Assembly (NCBI GenBank): GCA_965208535.1
Contig: CBDBOU010000002.1
Coordinates: forward strand, 2,883,701 to 2,947,700
DNA from: Vicinamibacterales bacterium
Lineage (GTDB): Bacteria > Acidobacteriota > Vicinamibacteria > Vicinamibacterales > UBA8438
DNA length: 64,000 nt
Direction of reading: 5' to 3'
The first letter of the stretch is position 1, and every line of letters begins with the position of its first letter. The notes below the pieces were generated by a model. The model was not told where the DNA came from and searched no databases. It saw only the letters and a program-made list of their open reading frames with translations. The translations under genes and the position numbers were made by a program. Of the stretch, positions 19,552 to 29,903 are shown piece after piece.

Positions 19552-19606
19552 TAGGAGCTTGCGCCGCGGAACTCAGGCCGCTGCGTTCTGCGGCGTAAGC
19601 TCCCGG
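19551..19606 (+). repeat. R1 first-hairpin module (CTAG-anchored)
   Basis: CTAGGAGCTTGCGCCGCGGAAC..GTTCTGCGGCGTAAGCTCC. The first 22 nt are identical to 60401-60422. Confidence 0.6.
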
Positions 19607-19764
19607 GTAGGTGGTGGCTGGGGCCAGGCACGGAGCCCTGCGACGGGCTTGGCGGCGCTGACGATTTCAGCCGGCGTTGGGGTCCCCGTCCTTGCGATGC
19701 TTGCGGCGGCGGAAAGGGCGTCGGGTCTTGTCCTCGTGCGCGCCGCCCTTCTGCCGCGGGAGAG

Positions 19765-20475
19765 GTGCGCGGACGCTCGGCTTCCGTGGCCGCGAGGGCG
19801 TTCGGGGTGATTGACGTGACGTCATGGCGAGCTCGTTCCACGCTGCCGAAATGGCTGTCTCTCGACCCGGAGCGACCCGATCCGGAGGCCCTGCGCCCGG
19901 CGGTCGAGGCGTTGGCCGCCGGAGAGGTAGTCGCGTTTCCGACGGACACGCTCTACGGGCTCGCGGTGGATCCCCGACGGCCGGACGCAGCCCGCAGACT
20001 GTTTGCGCTCAAGCGCCGCCCGGCCGGTCAGGCCGTGCCGCTGATTGCCGCAGACAGCAGTCAAATCGACCTGATCGCCCGCGACGTGACCCCGCTCGCG
20101 CGGCGGGTGGCCGATCTCTGGTGGCCAGGTCCGGTCTCGGTGGTGCTCGACGCCTCCCCGGCGATCGATCCCGAACTGATGACCGCAACCGGCACCGTGG
20201 CCGTCCGGGTACCGGCGCAGCCGCTGGCGCGCCGGCTCGCGGCGAACTTCCAACACCCTATCACGGCCACGAGCGCGAATCGCAGCGGCCGGCCGCCGGC
20301 CGCCGATGCGGCCGCCGTGGCTGCCGGTCTCGGACCCGAGCTGGCCGTGCTGGTCGACGGAGGACCGGCCCCGGGCGGTGCGCCGTCGACGATCGTGGAC
20401 GTCCGCGGCGACGTACCGGTGCTGGTGCGGGAGGGGGTGGTCGCGTGGGACCGCGTGCTACAATCGCTGGCGTGA
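19765..20475 (+). CDS. tsaC: L-threonylcarbamoyladenylate synthase (YrdC/TsaC family)
   Basis: VVAFPTDTLYGLAVDP, KRRPAGQAVPLI, SANRSG, STIVD motifs. The start is uncertain (GTG 19765, 19807 or 19816). Confidence 0.85.
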   Translation: MRGRSASVAARAFGVIDVTSWRARSTLPKWLSLDPERPDPEALRPAVEALAAGEVVAFPTDTLYGLAVDPRRPDAARRLFALKRRPAGQAVPLIAADSSQIDLIARDVTPLARRVADLWWPGPVSVVLDASPAIDPELMTATGTVAVRVPAQPLARRLAANFQHPITATSANRSGRPPAADAAAVAAGLGPELAVLVDGGPAPGGAPSTIVDVRGDVPVLVREGVVAWDRVLQSLA

Positions 20476-20640
20476 ACGGCTCCGCGGTGGCGGCCCGCCG
20501 CGCAAGCGCGCATGACCGGGCGGCGATCGGCGGCCCCACACTCTCGTCGCGGCATTCAGAGCGATCCTCGAAGAGGTAACCGCCGCCGATTCGGTGTGCC
20601 GCCGGCAGCGGGGCGTCTGGCCCGAGCAGGAGCATCCATC

Positions 20641-21996
20641 TTGAGTTTGCGTGCAGCGGCCGGTACGTCGATGGCTGCGGCCCTGTTCCTGACTGGTTGC
20701 GCCGCGCGTGTGCCGATCGTGACGACGGAAGCGTACCCGGACTTCGTCTTTCCCGCCGTCCCGCCCGCGTTGGCGGCCGGGGACGTCGAGGGCCGGCAGC
20801 ACGACGCCTGGACGTTTCTTCAGGCGGGCCAGGTCGAACAGGCCGAGCGGCGGTTCGCCGAGTTGATCTCCCGGGACGCCGCGTTTTATCCGGCTGCCGC
20901 CGGCCTCGGCTGGGTGGATGTTGCGCGCGGCAGTTTCGGAAACGCGGTCGACCACTTCGACGAAGTGCTCGGTCGGGCCGCCGACTATGTTCCGGCACTG
21001 GTAGGGAGGGGCGATGCGCTGCTGGCGAGCGAGGACGTCAGTGCGGCGCTCGAAAGCTTCGAGGCGGCCTTCGCGATGAACACGGGACCGGCGCGCGTCG
21101 AACGGCTCGTCGGCGAGCTGCGGTTCCGGGTGATGAGCGAGCGCTACGCGGATGCCCGAGCCGCGGTCGAGGCGGGCCGTCTGGACGATGCCGAAGCCGC
21201 GTACGCGGACATGATTGCCGCTTCTCCCGACAGCGCATCCCTGTACCTGGAGCTGGCGGAGATCAAGCAACGGCAGGGCGATCTGCGCGACGCGCTTGTC
21301 CGGACGCGCCGCGCCCGGAGTCTGGATCCGAACGACGCCGAAGCCGTCCTGATGGAAGCCGGGTTGCTCGAAGGACTCGGAGACCTGGAGGCTGCGGAGC
21401 ACGTCTACGAGCTCGCCGAGACCGTGAATCCGACGGACGAGTCGGCGGAAGGACTGATGCGGGTGCGCCGCGCCCTGCAACTCGCGCGATTACCGTCCGA
21501 GTACCGTGGAATTCCGGCCGCGGCGTCGACGACGCGCGGGGATCTGGCGGCGCTCATCGGCGTGCGGCTCGAGGAGTTGCTGGGGGACGCGGCGTTCGGC
21601 ATGGCGACGCCGATTCTGACGGATACGCGTGACCATTGGGCGAGCCGCTGGATAGTGGAGACGGTGCGGGCCGGGGTCATGGAGGTCGGCGCGGGCAACC
21701 GGTTCGAGCCGGAAAGGGCCGTGCGCAGGGGCGATCTGGCCGATGTGGTGGCCGTGGTGCTCGATCTGATCGGCGACTTCGATCCGGATGCGGCGCGGCG
21801 CTGGAGGGCAGCGCGTGTCCGGTTCTCGGACATGAGCCCGGGCCATCTCAACTACGACAGCGCCACGATGGCGGTTGCCGCGGGTGTGATGCGCACCTTC
21901 GGCAATCAGCGTTTCGATCCGACCGGATCGGTCAGCGGATCGGATGCCGTGGGCGCCGTCGAGCAGCTCGTGCGGCTGGCCGCACGTGTCGGGTGA
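20641..21996 (+). CDS. TPR-repeat lipoprotein with C-terminal SLH-like repeats
   Basis: TTG 20641 gives the signal peptide SLRAAAGTSMAAALFLTGC (lipobox). TPR-like helical repeats follow, then F.P...V.RGDLA-type SLH-like segments. The start is not certain. Confidence 0.65.
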   Translation: MSLRAAAGTSMAAALFLTGCAARVPIVTTEAYPDFVFPAVPPALAAGDVEGRQHDAWTFLQAGQVEQAERRFAELISRDAAFYPAAAGLGWVDVARGSFGNAVDHFDEVLGRAADYVPALVGRGDALLASEDVSAALESFEAAFAMNTGPARVERLVGELRFRVMSERYADARAAVEAGRLDDAEAAYADMIAASPDSASLYLELAEIKQRQGDLRDALVRTRRARSLDPNDAEAVLMEAGLLEGLGDLEAAEHVYELAETVNPTDESAEGLMRVRRALQLARLPSEYRGIPAAASTTRGDLAALIGVRLEELLGDAAFGMATPILTDTRDHWASRWIVETVRAGVMEVGAGNRFEPERAVRRGDLADVVAVVLDLIGDFDPDAARRWRAARVRFSDMSPGHLNYDSATMAVAAGVMRTFGNQRFDPTGSVSGSDAVGAVEQLVRLAARVG

Positions 21997-22002
21997 CGCA
22001 CG

Positions 22003-22560
22003 ATGTCGGCGCTGACGACCGCCAATCAACTCACGTTGCTGCGGCTGCTCGCCGTGCCCTGCGTCGTCATCCTCGTGCTGTACGGCTTCGATGGCTGGGC
22101 GCTGATCGTGTTCGCTGTCGCGGGGATCACCGACGCGCTCGACGGCGTGATCGCGCGACGCTCGGGACAGCCGACGAGCCTCGGCGCCTTTCTCGATCCG
22201 ATGGCCGACAAGCTGCTGCTCGTGTCGACGTTCGTGGTTCTGACGCTCGAGCGCGACCCGCCGATGCCGAACGCGCTGCCGGTCTGGCTGACCGTCCTCG
22301 TGATCAGCCGCGATGTCGTGATCGTGCTGACGGTGGCGGTCGTGAATCTCGCCATCGGACGCCGCGAGTTCCATCCGTCGGCGCTAGGCAAGGTGGCGAC
22401 GTTGCTCTACGTGCTGACCTGCGCCTTCGCCCTCCTGTTCAATTACCTGGGACACCCCTCCGTGGTCGTCGATTTCATGGTATATACCGCCCTCGCCGTG
22501 ACCGTGGTTTCCGGACTGCACTACATCATGCACGTCGCGCGCCTCGTCAACGAGGCGTAG
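22003..22560 (+). CDS. pgsA: CDP-alcohol phosphatidyltransferase (PgsA-like)
   Basis: The D-G-x2-A-R-x8-G-x3-D-x3-D motif is present as TDALDGVIARRSGQPTSLGAFLDPMADK. Confidence 0.85.
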   Translation: MSALTTANQLTLLRLLAVPCVVILVLYGFDGWALIVFAVAGITDALDGVIARRSGQPTSLGAFLDPMADKLLLVSTFVVLTLERDPPMPNALPVWLTVLVISRDVVIVLTVAVVNLAIGRREFHPSALGKVATLLYVLTCAFALLFNYLGHPSVVVDFMVYTALAVTVVSGLHYIMHVARLVNEA

Positions 22561-22580
22561 CGGTCCGGCGGCCGAACCGG

Positions 22581-23528
22581 TCAGCGTGTCTCCGCGGTGG
22601 CCAGCGCCGCGCGGAAGTAGTCGATGGTCTTCTCCAGTCCTTCGGCCAGCGAGACCCTCGGCTCCCAGCCCAGCAGCGTTCTGGCGCGCGTGATGTCCGG
22701 CTGGCGCACCTTGGGGTCGTCGACGGGAAGCGGCTTGCGGACCACCCGCGACCGCGAGCCCGTTGCGCCGATGATGGCGTCGGCGATTTGGCGAATCGTC
22801 ATCTCGGCCGGGTTGCCGATGTTGACCGGCTCGTTCACATCGGACTCGGCGAGCGCGATGATGCCGCGCACGAGGTCGCTCACGAAGCAGAAGCTGCGGG
22901 TCTGGTCGCCTTCGCCGTACACCGTGACATCCTCGCCGCGCAACGCCTGCGTGATGAAGTTGGGAATGGCGCGGCCGTCGTGAAGCCGCATGCGCGGACC
23001 GTAGGTGTTGAAGATGCGGACGATCTTCGCGTCCAGCCCATGGTAGCGATGGTAAGCGGTGGTGATCGCCTCGGCGAAGCGCTTGGCTTCGTCGTAGACC
23101 CCGCGCGGTCCGATCGGATTGACGTTGCCCCAGTAGGTCTCCCGTTGCGGATGCTCCAGCGGGTCGCCGTAGACCTCCGACGTCGAGGCGAGCAGGAAGC
23201 GCGCGTTCTTGGCCTTTGCCAGTCCCAGCGCCTTGTGCGTACCCAGCGCGCCTACCTTCAGGGTCGGAATCGGCAGCTCCAGGTAGTCGACCGGACTCGC
23301 CGGGCTCGCCCAGTGCAGCACCAGGTCCACCGGTCCCGCGATCGCGATGTCGTTGGTGACGTCGTGCTCGAGAAACGTGAAGTCCCGCTCGCGGAGATGC
23401 CGGATGTTGGCGAGGCTGCCGGTCAGCAGGTTGTCGATTCCGACTACCGAATAGCCGCGATGGAGCAGGCTGTCGGCCAGGTGCGAGCCGATGAATCCGG
23501 CCACTCCGGTAATGACGGCGCGCGGCAT
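22581..23528 (-). CDS. UDP-glucuronate decarboxylase (UDP-xylose synthase)
   Basis: [66 protein letters not shown], and GDQTRSF are characteristic of UXS-type SDR enzymes. Confidence 0.9.
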   Translation of the reverse strand: MPRAVITGVAGFIGSHLADSLLHRGYSVVGIDNLLTGSLANIRHLRERDFTFLEHDVTNDIAIAGPVDLVLHWASPASPVDYLELPIPTLKVGALGTHKALGLAKAKNARFLLASTSEVYGDPLEHPQRETYWGNVNPIGPRGVYDEAKRFAEAITTAYHRYHGLDAKIVRIFNTYGPRMRLHDGRAIPNFITQALRGEDVTVYGEGDQTRSFCFVSDLVRGIIALAESDVNEPVNIGNPAEMTIRQIADAIIGATGSRSRVVRKPLPVDDPKVRQPDITRARTLLGWEPRVSLAEGLEKTIDYFRAALATAETR

Positions 23529-23541
23529 GGCGCAGTTGCGA

Positions 23542-24978
23542 TCAGTACGCGTGGCGGTGGAACGAGAGACGCAGGACGGTGAGCCACATGATCTTGAAGT
23601 CGAGCGCGACGGACCAGTTCTCGATGTAGTAGAGGTCGTACTCTATGCGCTTTTCGATCGAGGTATTGCCGCGCAGGTCGTTCACCTGCGCCCAGCCGGT
23701 GATCCCCGCCTTCACCTTGTGCCTGAGCATGTACTCCGGGACGCGGTCCTTGAATTGCTCGACGAAGTAGGGCCGCTCGGGTCGTGGTCCGACCAAGGAC
23801 ATCTCGCCGCGGAGCACGTTCCAGAACTGCGGCAGCTCGTCCAGGCTGAAGCGGCGCAGCACGCGGCCGACCGGTGTGCAGCGCGGATCGTCCTTGCGCG
23901 TCCAGACCGGCCCCGTGCCGCGTTCGGCGTCGTCGAACATCGAGCGGAACTTCAAGGTCGTGAAGGAACGGCCGTCCAGTCCCATGCGTTCCTGCCGATA
24001 GAGTGCCGGCCCGGGCGAGGTGAGGCGGATGAGGGCGGCGATCGCACCCATGGGGAGCGCCAGAAGCGCCAGGGCCGCGCTCGAGCAGGCGATGTCGATG
24101 AGACGCTTGATCGCGCTGTTCAGCCCCTGCAGGGGGACGTCGTTCACGTTGATCAGCGGGAGGCCGTCGAGCTCCTCGAGACGTGCGCGCAGCGTGACGA
24201 ACTGCAGGAGTCCGGGAACCACCTTGACGTCGATGCATTCGCGGTTCGCCACCTCGATCAGGCCGAGCATCTTCACGTGCTCTTCCAGCGGCAGCGCCAC
24301 GTACAGCTCGTCGATGCGCTCGCGGCCAACCACGTCTCGCGCGTCGGCCAGCGTTCCCAGCAGCGGCAGCCCGCGGTAGCCCATGTGGTCGTCGGCGGCG
24401 ACGTCGTCGATGAATCCCACGACCCGGTAGCCGAACTCGGCGTGGCGCAGGAAACTGTCGGCGACGTGACGCGCCAGCTCGCCGGTGCCCGCGACGAGCA
24501 CGCGCCGGAGCCCGACCCCGGCTGTGAACCGGCGGCGCATGTAGCGGCGCACGACGTCCCGAGAGGCGTAGGTGAGGCTGACGTTCAGCACGACGAAAAG
24601 CCCCCAGACGAGTCGGGAGACTTCGAAAGTGCCGGCATTCCGCGTTTCCGGAGAAGTCGTGTAGACCTGAACGTAGAGCGTCCCGAGCAGGCCGGCGACC
24701 ACCGCTATCAGCGTGCCGACGAGCACGTTGAAGAAATCGTCGACGCTGGTCCGGTGGCGATGCAGCCGGTAGGCGCCGGTCAGGTGAAACGCCAGGACGA
24801 CCAGCAGGCCGACGAACGGCATCAGAACCAGGTACTGCGCGAACGGCGGCAGTCCCTTGGTAATCTCGAACACGCCGAGATTGAACCGGACCAGGTAGGC
24901 AAGCGCGAACGATCCCATCCCGAGCACGAGGTCGAGGACGACATGGAAGGCGAGGAGTACTCTGGTCTGCCGCGTCAT
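23542..24978 (-). CDS. Undecaprenyl-phosphate sugar phosphotransferase (WcaJ/EpsB-type priming enzyme)
   Basis: Multi-TM N-terminus and the C-terminal bacterial sugar transferase domain KRLIDIACS..., [31 protein letters not shown] 24978 overlaps the upstream stop. Confidence 0.9.
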   Translation of the reverse strand: MTRQTRVLLAFHVVLDLVLGMGSFALAYLVRFNLGVFEITKGLPPFAQYLVLMPFVGLLVVLAFHLTGAYRLHRHRTSVDDFFNVLVGTLIAVVAGLLGTLYVQVYTTSPETRNAGTFEVSRLVWGLFVVLNVSLTYASRDVVRRYMRRRFTAGVGLRRVLVAGTGELARHVADSFLRHAEFGYRVVGFIDDVAADDHMGYRGLPLLGTLADARDVVGRERIDELYVALPLEEHVKMLGLIEVANRECIDVKVVPGLLQFVTLRARLEELDGLPLINVNDVPLQGLNSAIKRLIDIACSSAALALLALPMGAIAALIRLTSPGPALYRQERMGLDGRSFTTLKFRSMFDDAERGTGPVWTRKDDPRCTPVGRVLRRFSLDELPQFWNVLRGEMSLVGPRPERPYFVEQFKDRVPEYMLRHKVKAGITGWAQVNDLRGNTSIEKRIEYDLYYIENWSVALDFKIMWLTVLRLSFHRHAY

Positions 24979-26162
24979 TGCGCGAGCCGTTCTTCGTTCG
25001 TGCCGCAGGCCTCCGACAGGGGAGCGGCAAGGTCCTCGATGGACGCGCGCATCCGCTCCAGAAATCTGGTCCGGGCGAAGCGCAATGCGGAACGCCGCAG
25101 CCGCGCCGGATCGAACTCGTGTTCTTCGAGCGACTGGATGGCGTCGGCGAACGCGCCGGCCGCCGCCTCCGTCACCAGCAGGCCGGTGGTGCCGTGGACC
25201 ACCGTTTCGCACGCCCCGCCGCGGGCCAGGGCGATGACGGGCCGCCCACAGGCCTGCGCTTCCACCGGAGCGATCCCGAAGTCCTCCTCGCCCGTCAGCA
25301 GGAGCGCTCTTGCGCCCCGGTAGATGCTGCGCAGCTCGGTCTGCGAGCAGTGCTCGATGAACTCGACGCCGGCGCCCGCCCGCCTGCGCAACCGGCCGGC
25401 CTCGGGGCCGTTGCCGACGATGCGCAACGGCACGCCGGCGAGGCCGCATGCCTCGATCGCGAGATCGACCCGCTTGTAGGGCACCAGCGCCGAGACGGTG
25501 ATGAAGTAGTCGCCGGGCGCCGACCCGTCGGGGCGATAAAAGCTCGTGTCGACTGGCGGTTCGATCACGTCCGCAATCCGATTATAGTATCGGCCAATCC
25601 GGGCCGCCACGTAGTGCGAGTTGGCGACATAGCGATCGACGCGGTCCGCGGTCGCCGCGTCCCACCGCGCCAGATGTCGCAGGGCCAACCCGTACAGGCG
25701 GCTCTTCAGCCTCCCGACCCGCGCCGGGCCGAAGTAGGCGTCGAACTGATCCCAGGCGTAGCGCATCGGCGTGTGGCAGTAGCAGAGGTGGCGTGCCCGG
25801 CCGGTGGGCACGACGGCCTTGGCCGCGCAGTGACTCGTGCTGATGACGATGTCGGTGTCGTCGAGGTCGAACTGCTCGATGGCGAAAGGAAACACGGGCA
25901 GGTACTGTCGGTACCGGGTCCGCGCCAGGGGCAGACGCTGCACGAGGGACGTGCGCGGGTCGTGAGACTCGATATGCGGCGCGACGCTTCCCCGGACATG
26001 CACCAGCGTCAGCAGCCGGGCGCCGGGAACGAGCTCGAGAATCGCCTCGAGGACCGCCTCCCCGCCTCGCATGCCGGTCAGCCAGTCGTGGACGACGGCG
26101 ACGCGGCGCCCGCCGACGTCGGCCGGAGCTGTCGCCGGTGGAGCGACCGTTCCGCCGTTCAA
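24975..26162 (-). CDS. Glycosyltransferase family 4
   Basis: The C-terminal motif EEDFGIAPVEAQACGRPVIA is present. Proposed start TTG 26162 overlaps the upstream TGA (TTGA). The stop overlaps the next start (ATGA). Confidence 0.85.
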   Translation of the reverse strand: MNGGTVAPPATAPADVGGRRVAVVHDWLTGMRGGEAVLEAILELVPGARLLTLVHVRGSVAPHIESHDPRTSLVQRLPLARTRYRQYLPVFPFAIEQFDLDDTDIVISTSHCAAKAVVPTGRARHLCYCHTPMRYAWDQFDAYFGPARVGRLKSRLYGLALRHLARWDAATADRVDRYVANSHYVAARIGRYYNRIADVIEPPVDTSFYRPDGSAPGDYFITVSALVPYKRVDLAIEACGLAGVPLRIVGNGPEAGRLRRRAGAGVEFIEHCSQTELRSIYRGARALLLTGEEDFGIAPVEAQACGRPVIALARGGACETVVHGTTGLLVTEAAAGAFADAIQSLEEHEFDPARLRRSALRFARTRFLERMRASIEDLAAPLSEACGTNEERLAQ

Positions 26163-27274
26163 GTCTCGCCCTCGATTTCCCCGTAGATGCGCCGGACCTC
26201 CCGCACGGACTGCTCCCATGAGAAACGGCTGGCTCTTGCGAGGCCCTTGCGGTGCAGGTCCGCACGCAGGCCGGCATCTTCGAGGATCCGCGTGATTCCC
26301 TCGGCGATGGCCGTGGCGTCGAGCGGGTCGACGAGCACGGCTGCGTCTCCGAGCACCTCCGGCAGCGACGACACGTCGGAGGCCACCACAGGGGTGCCGC
26401 TCGCGATTGCCTCCAGCGGAGACAGGCCGAAGCCCTCGTACAGGGACGGGAAGACGAACACGTCGGCCAGGCGATAGAGGACGGCCAGGGTTTCGGTGGT
26501 CTGATAGCCCAGAAAGCGGACGTGCTTGTGCAGGTTGTAGCGATGGACGGCGCGTCGGAGCGTGGTGTAGTGCGACACCTCGCTGCCGCTGAGCAGCAGG
26601 CCGAGGTCGTCGAACCCGCGCCGCCGGACGGCCACGAAGGCGTCGATCAGGCGTTCGAGGTTCTTGTGCGGCTTCACGTTGCCCGCGTACATGATGAACC
26701 GCCGGGGGAGCTGGTACCGTTCGCGGACGCGCACGAGGTCGGCCTCCGCAGGCGTCTGGTGGAAACGCTCGTCAATGGCGTTCGGGATCACCGTGACCTT
26801 CGATTCCGGCACGTCGAAGAAGCGGACGATGTCCTGCTTGGAGGCCTGCGACACGGTGAGCACGCGGCGCGCGCGGCGAGTCGCGGACCAGATCTGCGCG
26901 CGGGCGTAGACGTACGCCAGCCGGTTCGGCAGGTACTGCGGAAATCGCAGATGAATGCAATCGTGGATGGTGACGATGGCCCGGCAGGGAGTCAGCGGGG
27001 GCAACACGTAGTGCGGCGCATGGAACAGCGTGGCGCCGCTGCGGCTCAGACTCAGCGGCACCATCAGTTGTTCGCTGACGGAGTAGTTGGCGGCCCTCTG
27101 GGTCACGGTCCGGAAGTTCTCGCCCAGCGACGCGGCGAGTCCCGCGTCGCGGCTCCCGCAGAGCAGCACGTATTCGGTCTCGTGGTCGATGCGAGCCAAC
27201 TGGTGGAGGAGGTTGCGCACGTACGTGCCGATTCCGAAGTCGTGCAGTTTGCGGGCGTCGATTGCTACACGCAC
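26159..27274 (-). CDS. Glycosyltransferase family 4
   Basis: VRVAIDARKL N-terminus and the FPSLYEGFGLSPLEAIASGTPVV motif. The start is GTG 27274 (or TTG 27283), immediately beside the left end of the IS. Confidence 0.85.
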   Translation of the reverse strand: MRVAIDARKLHDFGIGTYVRNLLHQLARIDHETEYVLLCGSRDAGLAASLGENFRTVTQRAANYSVSEQLMVPLSLSRSGATLFHAPHYVLPPLTPCRAIVTIHDCIHLRFPQYLPNRLAYVYARAQIWSATRRARRVLTVSQASKQDIVRFFDVPESKVTVIPNAIDERFHQTPAEADLVRVRERYQLPRRFIMYAGNVKPHKNLERLIDAFVAVRRRGFDDLGLLLSGSEVSHYTTLRRAVHRYNLHKHVRFLGYQTTETLAVLYRLADVFVFPSLYEGFGLSPLEAIASGTPVVASDVSSLPEVLGDAAVLVDPLDATAIAEGITRILEDAGLRADLHRKGLARASRFSWEQSVREVRRIYGEIEGET

Positions 27275-27283
27275 GGGTGTCAA

Positions 27284-29083
27284 CTATATAGTGGCAGCCA
27301 GAAAACCCCCGTTTCGAGCGAGATTCTGAGACGAATTCGTGGATCGTGGACGTGATTTCGGGGGCGAATCCGGCCGCGAGGGAGGCAGTCCGGCCAGACT
27401 GCGGGTAGCGAAGAGCAGGAGATCAGCCCGGATGCCCTATTCCAAGGACAGTAACACCCTGCCGTCTTGCGGCGGCAGCAATCCGATGGTACTTGCAAGA
27501 ACCGGCTGAGTCAGGCGACGCGTTGTCGTCGTTTGCGCTCACGCTTCTGCAGAAGCAACCCGATGCGATGCAGGTTGGCCGCCAGCACCGACAAGGAAAC
27601 CGTGCGCGCAAACCCATCCGCGCCATGGCTTCGAACACGGTCGAGTCCGCGATGCTCCAATCCATTGATGGCAGACTCGACCGCCGGATGCGCACGCCGC
27701 GCCGCCACAAACGACTCCTCCGCTTCCCGCTCCTGGTTGGCCTTCGAAAGATATCCTTTGCCCGGCAAGGCGTTGACATCAAGCAGCCCATCGAGCCGGA
27801 CCCGGTTGTCAGGACTGTGAAAGCCCCGGTCGAAACTGCACGCCCGCAACTCCGGATACCGCGCCTGCGCTTCCTGCACCATCGGCACCGCCACGTCCAC
27901 ATCCTCGCCCTTCCACAGAACCTCATGGTGAAGGATGAATCCAAACTGGTCTTCGATCAGGGCGACAGGAACTCCGAGTTCAACCGGCGTCCCCGCCTTG
28001 CCTTTCGAAATCCATCGCGTGTGCTCCTGGAAAATCGAAAAGACCTTCTCCGAGTGAGGAATCGTCTCGTCACGCAGAAGCCGCCGCTCCACCTGATCCA
28101 TCTGCCGGCGCGCATGCGCGACAAAGCCGGCAATCGAGCAGCAGGTGATTTCCGCCGCGCCCTGATCCCGCAACGCGTCCAGCGTTGAATCCGCGCGCTC
28201 AACCAGCCCCCGGCAGCGCTCCACATACGCCTCCACCCGCTCCGGGTGCCGCTTCGCTCGCCGCGTCGAGCGCACCCTGTTGAACAGGTTCCTGACCTCT
28301 CGCGTCAGGTGGCTCCACTGACGCCAACCGCGCACCCCGTGCTGCGCAGCCGCCCGTCCGGTCTCCCGCACCAGACAACGCACCGCGTCCCACAACAGGC
28401 TGACATCCGTGGGATAGTGCACGTCGGTTTCGACCACGAACGAATCACACCGCCCGCGCAATGGCTCGCCAGGCTTTTTTTTAGCGACCTTGTGACCACT
28501 CTCCACCACCAGGCGCCCCACCGCCGACAACAACTCCGGCGTCAACAACGACACGTTGTCAACCACCGTCTGGTACTCGTAATGCGTCTCGTCACCGAAG
28601 TCGCTGTGGCCCAGGAATGCGCGTATCGTATCGTGATGGTTCGTCAATTCATGAAGACGGTCGAAGTCGCAGCCCAACCCCTGCTTCAGGACTCCCAACA
28701 CAAGGATCTGCCACAGGTCCATTCCCGGACGCCCGACCGTGCGGTCGGCCTCCGGCAGAATATGCTCGTCCAGCAGCGCATACAACTGCTCGCGCAATGC
28801 CTCGTCAGACCAGATGTGTTGCAGCCCTTTCAGCACCGCGGGAATATCGTCCCGCGACTTCGGGTTGATCCGGATCTTGTCGATGGACACCTCACCGAGC
28901 TGGAGCTGTGACCTGTGAACTTCTCTCATGATGTCAATGTCGCGAAGATCTGCCCGAAATGGGCCGATTCTTGGGGAATCACCCCCAAAGAATACGGGAT
29001 TCGGGCGATCTTCGCCACCTGAAATCCGCGAGATATCCCGTAGAATCAACAACTTGAGGGGTTTTCTGCCGGACACTATATAG
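27284..29083 (-). mobile_element. Intact IS (IS4/IS5-superfamily, ISNCY/ISKra4-like transposase); coordinates include the 8-bp target duplications
   Basis: Perfect direct repeats CTATATAG at 27284-27291 and 29076-29083. The element proper is 27292-29075 (1784 bp) with TG..CA termini. Terminal IRs TGGCAGCCAGAAAACCCC / TGTCCGGCAGAAAACCCC match 15 of 18. It carries a single transposase ORF. Confidence 0.8.
27511..28929 (-). CDS. DDE transposase (IS4/IS5 superfamily; family assignment tentative)
   Basis: 472 aa from ATG 28929. Candidate catalytic segments are CDSFVVETDVHYPTD, SFDRGFHSPDN and AVESAINGLEHRGLDR. The ORF track fuses it artefactually to upstream sequence (27511..30129). Confidence 0.8.
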   Translation of the reverse strand: MREVHRSQLQLGEVSIDKIRINPKSRDDIPAVLKGLQHIWSDEALREQLYALLDEHILPEADRTVGRPGMDLWQILVLGVLKQGLGCDFDRLHELTNHHDTIRAFLGHSDFGDETHYEYQTVVDNVSLLTPELLSAVGRLVVESGHKVAKKKPGEPLRGRCDSFVVETDVHYPTDVSLLWDAVRCLVRETGRAAAQHGVRGWRQWSHLTREVRNLFNRVRSTRRAKRHPERVEAYVERCRGLVERADSTLDALRDQGAAEITCCSIAGFVAHARRQMDQVERRLLRDETIPHSEKVFSIFQEHTRWISKGKAGTPVELGVPVALIEDQFGFILHHEVLWKGEDVDVAVPMVQEAQARYPELRACSFDRGFHSPDNRVRLDGLLDVNALPGKGYLSKANQEREAEESFVAARRAHPAVESAINGLEHRGLDRVRSHGADGFARTVSLSVLAANLHRIGLLLQKRERKRRQRVA

Positions 29084-29903
29084 AAGGCGGTGGAAACCTC
29101 CCCCGCGCGCGCAGGTAAAGGCGCAGCACCCCGGCCCACCACGGACGGTGCTTGACGTAGAACGCGATCTGGCTGCGCCGGTAGGCCGCATCGGCGGCGA
29201 CACTGTGGGCCACTCGGGATCGCCCGCGCAGGTGGACGACCTCGGCGTCGGGCGTGAACAGAATCCGGTGCCCGGCGCCCCGCAGCGCCGCGCAGAAGTC
29301 GACGTCCTCCCCGTACAGGAAGAAGCGTTCGTCCAGCCAGCCCGCCGCGGCGCCGGCGTCGCGCCTTACGAGGAGACAGGCTCCGCTGACCCAGTCGGGA
29401 TGGTGCTCCATCGTGACCCGCCGGTCGAACCAGCGGGTAAGCGGGGGGATGGCCGCCGAGAGGCCGAAGGCGATGAGTTTCTGTCGAGCCTCGTTCCACG
29501 GTGAGAGCATGCGGCCGAAAGACAGCTCGACCCGTCCGGCGGGGTCGACGAGGCGCGGTCCTGCCGCCGCCGCCGCGGCATCCCGCTCGAGAGCGGCGGC
29601 CAGGCGGTCGATGCTCCCGGGAGGAACGAGCGTGTCGCTGTTGAGGAGCAGTACCAGCTCGCTGTCGCAGGTTCGGATTCCGGCGTTGGTGGCCGCCGCG
29701 AAGCCGGCGTTGCGGCCCATCTCGATGACGTGCACGTCGGGCCACGCGGTGCGCACGGCGGCCGCGCTGCGGTCGGCGGAACCGTTGTCGACGACCACGA
29801 TGGCGTGCGTCAGAGCGGGTGGGGCGGCGTGCAGCGACTCGAGGCAGGCGTGGAGATGCCGCCGCGTGTTGAAGCTCACGATCACGATGGCCAGGCGGGT
29901 CAT
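29076..29903 (-). CDS. Glycosyltransferase family 2
   Basis: IVIVSFNTRRHL, VVVDNGSAD, NAGFAAATN and the LLNSD motif. Its TAG stop (29076-29078) lies inside the right copy of the IS target duplication. Confidence 0.85.
   Translation of the reverse strand: MTRLAIVIVSFNTRRHLHACLESLHAAPPALTHAIVVVDNGSADRSAAAVRTAWPDVHVIEMGRNAGFAAATNAGIRTCDSELVLLLNSDTLVPPGSIDRLAAALERDAAAAAAGPRLVDPAGRVELSFGRMLSPWNEARQKLIAFGLSAAIPPLTRWFDRRVTMEHHPDWVSGACLLVRRDAGAAAGWLDERFFLYGEDVDFCAALRGAGHRILFTPDAEVVHLRGRSRVAHSVAADAAYRRSQIAFYVKHRPWWAGVLRLYLRARGRFPPPSI

Noticed and set aside
19398-19598. 66-aa ORF sharing the peptide motif RP.SNAVHA.C.AAR with the rhodanese N-terminus, considered as a small conserved protein
   Set aside because: The similarity is at the nucleotide level (repeat E). 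There is no RBS, and the ORF continues into an R1 repeat module. It is treated as a DNA/RNA repeat.
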